From: an uncultured Verrucomicrobiae bacterium
GTDB lineage: Bacteria; Verrucomicrobiota; Verrucomicrobiia; Chthoniobacterales; Terrimicrobiaceae
Assembly: GCA_963706955.1 (NCBI GenBank)
Contig: CAVPOC010000002.1
Span: 128,001 to 192,000, forward strand
Reading direction: 5' to 3'
DNA length: 64,000 nucleotides
Part shown: positions 22,828 to 30,158 of the stretch, piece by piece
How the letters are laid out: each line of letters starts with the position of its first letter
Numbering within the stretch: position 1 is the first letter of the stretch
Translations under genes and position numbers: made by a program
The notes under the pieces: model-generated
The model's database searches: none
What the model saw: only the letters and a program-made list of their open reading frames with translations
What the model was told of the DNA's origin: nothing

Positions 22828-23637
22828 ATGCGGCAATTAGCGATCATTACGGGCGCGACGCGCGGCCTTGGGCTTGCACTCACGCAGCGGCTCCTCGCCG
22901 AGGGCATGCGCGTTGTCGCAATAGGACGGCGGCTGGACAATCTGAAGAGCCAAAAGGAGGAATATGGCTCAGCGTTGCGAACGATGAGCGCCGAGCTGGG
23001 AACCCATGATGGTATTCGCGCTGCGAGTTGCGACCTCCGGCAGGTCGTCAAGGGAGAGCAGGTGCATTACTTGGTCAATTGCGCTGGTATCATCACGCCG
23101 ATTGGTCCGATTACCACCATAGACTTGGCGGATTTCTTGCAGCTCATGAATGTCAATTTCTTCGCCGCTTTCCAACTGATCAATGTCCTCATACCGCAGT
23201 TCGCCGACGGAGCGCGCGTGCTAAGCGTTTCCAGCCGGGCAGCTGAACTGCGTTTGCCCGGACTCGGTATGTACTGCGTCAGCAAGGCCGCCTTGGAGAG
23301 CCTTACCGGTTCCTACCAGGTAGAACTCGCCAAGGTGAGCGTGTCGACCTGTATTCCGGGGGAGGTCGATACCGACATGCAATCGGACTTGCGTAGCGGT
23401 CCCCAGTCCCCGTCAAGCGACCCAGACAGCTTGGGTGGATTCTTCGACCAACAGTTCTTCCTTAAGAACAAGACGCGTCTGATCCCTCCGGCGATTTCAG
23501 CGAGATTTTTGTACTGGCTCCTGACCGGCCCTGATAGCGAAGAGTTTGAAGCCAAGAGGCCTTGGACAATCTATGATCAGGAAGTGCAGCCCAGGTGGCT
23601 GGAGAAGGGTGAAGCGTTTTCTTACGAGTGTCCTTAG
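22828..23637 (+). CDS. SDR family oxidoreductase (sepiapterin/benzil reductase-like)
   Basis: ITGATRGLG, VNCAG, YCVSK (YxxxK) and PGEVDTDMQ. Confidence 0.88.
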   Translation: MRQLAIITGATRGLGLALTQRLLAEGMRVVAIGRRLDNLKSQKEEYGSALRTMSAELGTHDGIRAASCDLRQVVKGEQVHYLVNCAGIITPIGPITTIDLADFLQLMNVNFFAAFQLINVLIPQFADGARVLSVSSRAAELRLPGLGMYCVSKAALESLTGSYQVELAKVSVSTCIPGEVDTDMQSDLRSGPQSPSSDPDSLGGFFDQQFFLKNKTRLIPPAISARFLYWLLTGPDSEEFEAKRPWTIYDQEVQPRWLEKGEAFSYECP

Positions 23638-23715
23638 ACTCTCGACTGGCGGCGGGCAGCCTGTGGGTAGCACTCGCTTGTTTCCTTATGAGCTGAAGAG
23701 AAGCCTGATTATGTG

Positions 23716-23747
23716 GCCGAACAAGGCGCTGAGCTACGACGTTCGGA
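23716..23747 (+). other. Collapsed attC-like site (internal deletion)
   Basis: GCCGAAC-AAGGCGCTG/AGCTACGAC-GTTCGGA: both R boxes are kept and the arms are fused through GCTG. Confidence 0.55.
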
Positions 23748-23754
23748 ATAGAAT

Positions 23755-24008
23755 ATGTCCTGGAACTCGAAAGAACCTCGCTGGCAAGGCGCCAACAAAC
23801 CGAGAATAGCGCCCACCCAATTCGTAATCAACAGCTCGGAGTTTGATCGGATTCCCGACGGGCAAGGGACGATGAACTCGATTTTCCACAATGCGATGAC
23901 TGCGGCGTCTCTCGTGGGAATTTGCATCTGCTTGGATGTGACCTAAAGCACTGCCCTCGATGCGGCGGACAGGCAATCTCATGCGACTGCTTTTACGAAG
24001 ATGATTAG
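23755..24008 (+). CDS. Small Cys-rich putative zinc-binding cassette protein (~84 aa), one frameshift near 23865
   Basis: MSWNSKEPRW...FDRIP continues in another frame as DDELDFPQCDDCGVSRGNLHLLGCDLKHCPRCGGQAISCDCFYEDD*; bounded by attC-like sites. Confidence 0.7.
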
Positions 24009-24018
24009 AAACAGGAAG

Positions 24019-24087
24019 TCCAAACCAAGCGGTGCATCGAATCCCTGTCCCTCCCGGACTTGGGATCGCTGACCGCCAACGTTAGGC
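24019..24087 (+). other. Integron attC site
   Basis: TCCAAAC-CAA-GCGGTGCATCGAATCCC ... GGGATCGCTGACCGC-CAAC-GTTAGGC: R and L boxes with the extrahelical G, directly after a stop codon and before an ATG. Confidence 0.8.
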
Positions 24088-24099
24088 CGCTTCGCACGC

Positions 24100-24425
24100 A
24101 TGTCACAGCAGAGCGACTTGGCAGACGGTTTCTACGCCCGACTGAGCACCTGCCCGGTCGCTTCAGCTCAGCTTGTGCGGGAGTTGCGCAGTCGGTGGGG
24201 TGCGGGGCACGGTGTCGGTTAGTGCATGGTTTTGTTCGCGAGGTAGCCACGTGCCTCTTGCACCACGATGACGTTGAGGTGGGCGACGTGAGAGGCGGCC
24301 AGTTCGTTTCTTGGTCGTTGCCAGCGTGGGATGCAGACGAGAGGATTGACGCGGAGTTGATGGCGATGGACAGATTTCTCGACGACGAGAGTCAGTATGT
24401 ATTCCGAAAGACACCAGCGGCCTAA
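24100..24425 (+). CDS. Hypothetical cassette protein (~108 aa), one frameshift near 24220
   Basis: ATG 12 nt after GTTAGGC (MSQQSDLADGFYARL...); continues in the 24060 ORF frame (VHGFVREVATCLL...) and stops at the TAA inside the GCCTAAC of the next attC. Confidence 0.65.
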
Positions 24426-24497
24426 CCATGCGCTGCAGCGAACCCGCCTTCGCGCTCCGGTTGCAATCCACGCGTCTCATGGGCCGGGTCGCTGAGC
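24420..24497 (+). other. attC site lacking its right R' box
   Basis: GCCTAAC-CAT-GCGCTGCAGCGAACCCGCC ... GGCCGGGTCGCTGAGC; the expected GTTRRRY is absent and an IR element follows. Confidence 0.75.
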
Positions 24498-24520
24498 CTA
24501 CCTCTGGACAACTGACAACT

Positions 24521-24677
24521 AGGGGTCAGTGTGCATAAAGGTATTACTAACAGATAGGGTTGAGGGCAGAGATTGGTCGGGCAGGGATTGAAGGCGGCGG
24601 GGCTAGATCGGCAGGATTCGAGTGGGAAGCTAATGGCTTCAAATGAGATGTGTATGTGATTATGCACACTGACCCCT
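24521..24677. mobile_element. 157-bp non-coding element with perfect 18-bp terminal inverted repeats
   Basis: AGGGGTCAGTGTGCATAA (24521-24538) and TTATGCACACTGACCCCT (24660-24677). Confidence 0.75.
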
Positions 24678-24735
24678 GACTGGCGCCTGACTGGCGCGAG
24701 AACACCGGCCGTGAGGAGGAGGTAGCAGACATTTC

Positions 24736-24991
24736 ATGCGCGAAGTATCAGAAGACGAAGTGGTCGAGATGGCTGGGAATCCGACTGTCCGGTGCTAGGC
24801 AAGGAAGAATCTGACGAGATGGACGCTGTTTGTCTGAAGCAGTTTCCTCAGGGATACGTTCTTGGAATAAGCGACAAGCATGAAGATCTGAAGTTATTGT
24901 TCACTCCGAGTAGAGAAGAGGCGGAAAGTGGTATCAGCATTACAGAGCACGCCTGCGGGAATTCGGAACCCCGTTTGGCGGACCTACCTGA
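24736..24991 (+). pseudogene. Small acidic hypothetical gene with two apparent frameshifts
   Basis: AGGAGGAGGT upstream of ATG 24736; MREVSEDEVVEMAGNP / CPVLGKEESDEMDAVCLKQFPQGYVLG...REEAE / KWYQHYRARL in changing frames. Confidence 0.4.
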
Positions 24992-25045
24992 CGCCTGCGC
25001 CAACCGAACTTCATTCCCCAAACTTCGCGCCGGAGATAACGATCC

Positions 25046-26005
25046 TTAAGGAGGTGGGGAGTTGATCTTTTCGACGACGAGCAGATCGGCAGGATAGGCA
25101 GGGACTGCTGGCAATGTCTCCTCGGTGCAGCCCAGAGTCGGCGCGATAATCCTCCGCGGCAAAGCGGCCAGGGCCCCGGTAAAGCCGATGTCCTCCGGTG
25201 TCGTATTATCGAAGAAGATAAGGAACCGCAGTTCGTCATCGCGGAGGTTCTCAATATGATGAGGATAGCCCTTGGGAATGAAATACATATCACCGGGGCC
25301 GAGCAGATAGGTATCGACGCTGGCGCCTGGACTTAGCAGCGTCATGCGAGCATTCCCCTGAAGCACGTACCCCATCTCAGCGGTTTGTGGATGCCAATGC
25401 GGCTCCCGCATGCCGGTGCCGAGAAGCCGCAGGGAATACATGGCGAGACCTTCCAGAACCGGCCAGAATTGCTTCCGCGCCGTCCGGGCAGAGCCGAAGT
25501 TTGTCGCGAGCATCGGTGGCAGGCTTTCCACCGCCAGCTTGTAATGATTCGAGAACCCCGCCGCCCAGGGGACCTCCAGAGTGCCCTCATACTTACCGAT
25601 GACGACATCCTCCGGCGAGTATCGGATGCCCGTTGTCGCGGTTTGAGAAATGCCCAACGTATTCCCCATTACATTAGCGTTCATGCACCCAACGGCCCCG
25701 GACATGCCAAAGTCCTCCGGTTCATGATTAGAGAAGGCAACGAGAAACTCTGCGTTTTCCCCGCCAGTATTGACGATGGCATGTAAATAGCCGCTAGGCA
25801 CAAAGAACATTTCCCCCTCGGCGATCGTAAAGGTGCCATGTTGCTCAGCAGGGGAAAATTCGTGCGATTCACCGACGTCCGGCTTCCAAGTCATTCGAAA
25901 ATTGCGGGCGGCTCGTGCCCAGAGGAAACACGTGTTTGGACTTCTGCATGGGTGCGTGTTTAGGCCGGTGCCGTCCCGATGGCAAGTTTGGCAATCGATT
26001 GCCAA
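25046..26005 (-). CDS. Bicupin, oxalate decarboxylase-like; first cupin domain appears 5'-truncated
   Basis: Second domain has REPHWHP..AE and GDMYFIPKGYPHHIEN. The first domain keeps only GEMFFVPSGYLHAIVN, and sequence above ~25860 does not look cupin-like. Confidence 0.75.
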   Translation of the reverse strand: MAIDCQTCHRDGTGLNTHPCRSPNTCFLWARAARNFRMTWKPDVGESHEFSPAEQHGTFTIAEGEMFFVPSGYLHAIVNTGGENAEFLVAFSNHEPEDFGMSGAVGCMNANVMGNTLGISQTATTGIRYSPEDVVIGKYEGTLEVPWAAGFSNHYKLAVESLPPMLATNFGSARTARKQFWPVLEGLAMYSLRLLGTGMREPHWHPQTAEMGYVLQGNARMTLLSPGASVDTYLLGPGDMYFIPKGYPHHIENLRDDELRFLIFFDNTTPEDIGFTGALAALPRRIIAPTLGCTEETLPAVPAYPADLLVVEKINSPPP

Positions 26006-26336
26006 TAGTCCAAAGACGTTTCCCTTCGCCGGATTAGACAGGTCAAGGCTGGCTAGTTAAGCTCAACAGAGCAAAGGTTCGACCCGATTAGAGATCTAAA
26101 GATATCGTTCTCCGAGGATAGCGGAGAAGTGGTATCAGCGCTACATAGAGCGCCTGCATGAAGCCACGTTCGGCTTACAAAGAGTGAGGAAGGCTCCTCA
26201 CCATGCTCTGCGGCGAAACCGCTCCGGCCAATTCCTAGACTTAGGATCATAGCCGTCCGTGAAGACCGCCTTTATGCTCGGCTGCCACGATCTGGAGCCG
26301 ACGTCCTGCGCGACGAAAAATGGGGTCAGACCTTGA

Positions 26337-27861
26337 CGGGCTGTTGCCCAAATCAGCCCATTCTGGCGTGAAAAATGCTTAGGGATGGAGTTAGCTATGA
26401 TGGGCCATTGGCAGAAGCAGACCGAGCTGTGGGTGGAACCGATAAACTTAGGCAGACGAATTCCGCCAGATCATTTGCTAAGAAAGATCAATCAGGTACT
26501 CGACCTCGGGTTCGTGCGCCGCGAAGTGACCGGCTTTTACGGGAGCAATGGCCATGTGTCGGTCGACCCGGTGATCATCATCAAGCTGATGCTCCTGCTC
26601 TTTCTCGACGATGTGCGCAGCGAGCGCGAGCTGATGCGGATTGTGCCGCTGCGCTTGGATTATCTGTGGTTCTTAGGCTACGGGCTCGAGGATGAGATCC
26701 CCACTCACAGTGTATTGAGCAAAGCGCGCAAGCGTTGGGGAGCCCAAGTCTTTGAGCGGCTCTTTACCCGGAGCGTCGAGCAGTGTGTTGCTGCGGGCCT
26801 GGTCGATGGCAGCAAGCTGTATCTTGATGCCTCTCTGGTCGCGGCGAATGCGTCCCGCAACTCAGTCATCGAGGTGGTGGTTCGGCGCGAGGTGAGTAAG
26901 CTTGAGGAGCAGGAGCAAGAAGAAGACCAGGACTCCGGCAGCAGCGGGGGCTCGGTCAATCGAAAGCTGCGCAGCACCACCGACCCTGACTCGACGGTGG
27001 TCCGGCACCAGCAGGGCAGGCCGACTCCCTCCTATAAGAATCATCGGGCTCTTGACGACAAGGCGGGAGTGGTGACGGCGATCACGACAACGACGGGAGC
27101 TGTCGATGAAGCCAGCGAGTTAATCGAGCTCATTGAAAGACACGAGCGGGTCACCGCTGCCAAGACCAAGGTGGCGGTAGCCGACAGCCGCTACGGCAAT
27201 ACGGCTAACTTAATTGCTTTGGCACAGCGTGAGATTCGGGCGCATGTGGCCGATCTGCGCAGCAAACTGCGCAATGCGCGCAGCCAAGGAATCTATCCGC
27301 CAGAACACTTTGTCTATCAGCCCGAAGCGGACTACTACACGTGCCCGGCGGGAGAGATCCTTTACCGGCACCACTTTGTTGCCAAGCGCGGCTACTATGA
27401 ATATCGGCCGAAGCGGGGAACCTGCGCGAGCTGCAGGCTGCGACAGTTCTGCACGCGTGATAAGAACGGTCGCACCCTCAAGCGCTACGCGGGCCAGGAG
27501 CTTCTGGATAAAGCGCGCCAGCAATCCCATTCCCCGCAAGCGCGCTCTGACCGCATGCGCCGGCAATGGTTTCAAGAGCGCAACTTCGCCGAGGCCGCCG
27601 TGCAGCACGGCTTTAAGCGAGCCCGCTGGCGCGGACTCTGGCGACAAAGCATTCAGGATTACCTCATCGCGGCCATTCAAAACCTGAGGATCATCGCCAA
27701 AAACCACAAGCATCTACTCCTCGCGCTTACTCGGATACTGGCTAAGGCCAAACTGCTTCCAATCTTTTTCGCTGCCGACCATTGATCGCGGCATCGCTTA
27801 ACCACTCAGAGTCACCTGCCTAAATTTTGCCACAAGCTCATCCTTTTTGAGCAACAGCCCG
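26337..27861 (+). mobile_element. IS1182-family insertion sequence, complete
   Basis: IRs CGGGCTGTTGCCCAAA / TTTGAGCAACAGCCCG; 4-bp target duplication TTGA (26333-26336 and 27862-27865). Confidence 0.9.
26385..27785 (+). CDS. IS1182-family DDE transposase
   Basis: IPPDHLLRKI, SERELM, PTHSVLSKARKR, DASLVAANAS, STTDPD, ADSRYG, YTCPAG, CxxCxxRxxC and HGFKRARWRG. Confidence 0.92.
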   Translation: MELAMMGHWQKQTELWVEPINLGRRIPPDHLLRKINQVLDLGFVRREVTGFYGSNGHVSVDPVIIIKLMLLLFLDDVRSERELMRIVPLRLDYLWFLGYGLEDEIPTHSVLSKARKRWGAQVFERLFTRSVEQCVAAGLVDGSKLYLDASLVAANASRNSVIEVVVRREVSKLEEQEQEEDQDSGSSGGSVNRKLRSTTDPDSTVVRHQQGRPTPSYKNHRALDDKAGVVTAITTTTGAVDEASELIELIERHERVTAAKTKVAVADSRYGNTANLIALAQREIRAHVADLRSKLRNARSQGIYPPEHFVYQPEADYYTCPAGEILYRHHFVAKRGYYEYRPKRGTCASCRLRQFCTRDKNGRTLKRYAGQELLDKARQQSHSPQARSDRMRRQWFQERNFAEAAVQHGFKRARWRGLWRQSIQDYLIAAIQNLRIIAKNHKHLLLALTRILAKAKLLPIFFAADH

Positions 27862-28094
27862 TTGATTTATGACCTCGATCTCCTTCTGCAGAATGTTGAA
27901 AGCGGGTCGAGACGGGCATCCGCCCGGTTGCCGCCGAACAGCTTGAACGAGCCAGAAAGAAGATATAAGGGCTACACCGCCCGTTGCCAAGACAGCCGCG
28001 TTGAGGCATCCGCTGCAGCCGACCCTTCCACGGTTTCATGCCGTTGTTTCTCGATTTTCCCGAGAAATCCACTACCTGCTTCGGGCGAGATATC

Positions 28095-28679
28095 ATGTCA
28101 TCTCAGCGTTTCAGCCATCGAGTAGTGATTATTCTTCTAATCTGGTGCCTATCGGCGGCGCTTGTCGGAGTTCTTGGCGTCCTTGCTTCCGTGCACCCGC
28201 CCCTTCCGCAACTGATCTTGTTTGGCTTAGTCGCGCTTCTCCTAATAGCTTACGGGTTATCAAGCGAATTTCGCCGCTGGCTTTCTTCCATTCCTCTCAA
28301 ATGGCTTGTTTGCGTGCATTTAGTTCGCTTCGTAGGCTTCTATTTTCTCTGGCTGTATGAGCACGGGCAATTGCCTTTCGCCTTCGCGGTCCTAGGCGGT
28401 TGGGGGGACATCGTGGTGGCCACCCTTGCCCTTGTCCTGTTGGTTCTGCGGCCTCGATCTCGCATGATTTATCAAGTCTGGAACACGCTTGGGTTCGCAG
28501 ATATCCTCTTTGTTGTCAGCACGGCGACGAGATTGGCTCTCGAGGACTCCGCGTCCATGGCGGCACTTCTTCGCTTTCCGTTGAGCCTCCTCCCCACGTT
28601 CATTGTACCCCTAATTATTTTCACCCATATCGTGATCTTTCTACGATTGAAAAGCGACCCACTCAATAGGGCCCGTTAA
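28095..28679 (+). CDS. Hypothetical integral membrane protein
   Basis: About six hydrophobic helices; HLVRFVG, GWGDI, WNTLGFADIL and FPLSLLPTFIVP. Confidence 0.7.
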   Translation: MSSQRFSHRVVIILLIWCLSAALVGVLGVLASVHPPLPQLILFGLVALLLIAYGLSSEFRRWLSSIPLKWLVCVHLVRFVGFYFLWLYEHGQLPFAFAVLGGWGDIVVATLALVLLVLRPRSRMIYQVWNTLGFADILFVVSTATRLALEDSASMAALLRFPLSLLPTFIVPLIIFTHIVIFLRLKSDPLNRAR

Positions 28680-28884
28680 TCCGAAGCCCCAATTTCGATT
28701 TCATATGACGTTTAGATGGACCGGCGTAATCCGCGTCAAGGATCGGCCAGATCTGGTTCTGCTGCGTCCTTGAATGGGCGGGCAAGGCCACCCTTACCGA
28801 CTTGCAAGGCGCATCAACGCTTCTGGAAGGTTAAAGACCTGACCGGCCGGGGCCGGGAGCTATCTCGTCGACGCGAGGCACGCC

Positions 28885-29244
28885 ATGAAAAAACGATCGG
28901 AAATTGCGGACATTGATGCGTATATCGCAGCTGCCTCACCGGATGTGCGCGACATCCTTGAACGGATACGGCAGGTCGTGAGAGTAGCGGTTCCGGCAGC
29001 CACCGAGACGATCAGTTATCAAATGCCAGCGTTTAAGCTCGATAAGATGTTCTTCTATTTCGCCGCATTTAAGAAGCACATCGGCGTTTATCCGCCCGTG
29101 AAGGGGGATCGCAAACTCCAGAAGAAATTGCTTCCCTATCGCGGCGACAAGGGCAACCTCAAGTTCCCCTTGCGAGAACCGATTCCCTACGAACTGATTG
29201 GTCGGGTCGCGTCAGCATTGTCACGGGAGCATTCGAGATCGTGA
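28885..29244 (+). CDS. DUF1801 (YdhG-like) protein
   Basis: IDAYIAA, ETISYQMPAF, FAAFKKHIGVYP and KGNLKFP. Confidence 0.88.
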   Translation: MKKRSEIADIDAYIAAASPDVRDILERIRQVVRVAVPAATETISYQMPAFKLDKMFFYFAAFKKHIGVYPPVKGDRKLQKKLLPYRGDKGNLKFPLREPIPYELIGRVASALSREHSRS

Positions 29245-29267
29245 GTGTTGGCGAGCTTGACCCGCGC

Positions 29268-29327
29268 TGTAGCGGCGGTGTCCCCACCGCCATGAGACCG
29301 CCTGACCGTGAGGACACGGTCGCTACA
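29268..29327. repeat. GTAG-type REP doublet
   Basis: TGTAGCGGCGGTGTCCCCACCGCC ... GACCGTGAGGACACGGTCGCTACA. Confidence 0.8.
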
Positions 29328-29431
29328 AAATGCGCTCGCACTCTTTCCAAATGCTGGGTCTGCGCGCCGTGGGCGATTGTTGTTGGGACATCGATATGTC
29401 TAAGGTTCGATTATTCCATTCGAAGGTTTAC

Positions 29432-29460
29432 AATCTGCGTCGATCTGTGTCCATCTGTGG
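29432..29460 (-). repeat. Short periodic ATCTG repeat (inverse of 22102-22130)
   Basis: AATCTGCGT CGATCTGTGT CCATCTGTGG. Confidence 0.6.
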
Positions 29461-29551
29461 AGAATCCCCCGTGCGCTTGAAATCCATGGATCCTATGTCC
29501 GGACATGACCACGGATCTGTGACAAGAATCTAACCCATCGCTTTTGCTCAT

Positions 29552-29917
29552 ATGCCGAAGATCATCGAAGCACCGGCTCGCATTGAAGCCCACGGCCAAC
29601 CACCCAAGGTCATCGAGGAGTTTGTTGGCAGAGTCAACTCCGCAACTGAAGCGGTGAGTGTCGCGCGCATGGTTAGTCCATCGGGTTGGAGTGAGCCGGG
29701 ACAGACACCAGAATTTGACGAGGTCACCGTCGTTCTCCGCGGAGAGCTCCAGGTAGAGAGCAACGCAGGTGTTCATCAAATTCCCGCAGGGCAAGCGATT
29801 ATCGTCAGGCGTGGCGAGTGGGTGCGCTATAGCACACCGTCACCGGAAGGGGCTGAATACATCGCGGTTTGCATGCCGGCCTTCTCTCCGACGATCGTGC
29901 ACCGCGATTCGGACTGA
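29552..29917 (+). CDS. Cupin domain protein
   Basis: IEEFVGRVNS, GWSEPGQTPEFDE, GEWVRYSTP and YIAVCMPAFSP. Confidence 0.85.
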   Translation: MPKIIEAPARIEAHGQPPKVIEEFVGRVNSATEAVSVARMVSPSGWSEPGQTPEFDEVTVVLRGELQVESNAGVHQIPAGQAIIVRRGEWVRYSTPSPEGAEYIAVCMPAFSPTIVHRDSD

Positions 29918-29926
29918 GGTTTATCG

Positions 29927-30008
29927 TGTAGCGACGGTGTCCCCGCCAGGGCGCGCCTAGGTGGGCCCACCGTCGGAAGACCTCCCCTGTGACAACACGA
30001 TCGCTACA
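29927..30008. repeat. GTAG-type REP doublet with an insertion in the first hairpin loop
   Basis: TGTAGCGACGGTGTCCCC[GCCAGGGCGCGCCTAGGTGGG]CCCACCGTCG ... ACACGATCGCTACA. Confidence 0.7.
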
Positions 30009-30158
30009 AATGCTCTCACACTCTTCACTTGGATTGTAGTAAGTTCTCTGGAAATTTTCCCGACACCTCTACTTGGTATCCGCCCTTCGAACCTTAATCT
30101 TCGGCTTTGGGAACTCGTCGCGAGGCTCTTTCGCGGGCGAGTTAACCTGACTTGATCC

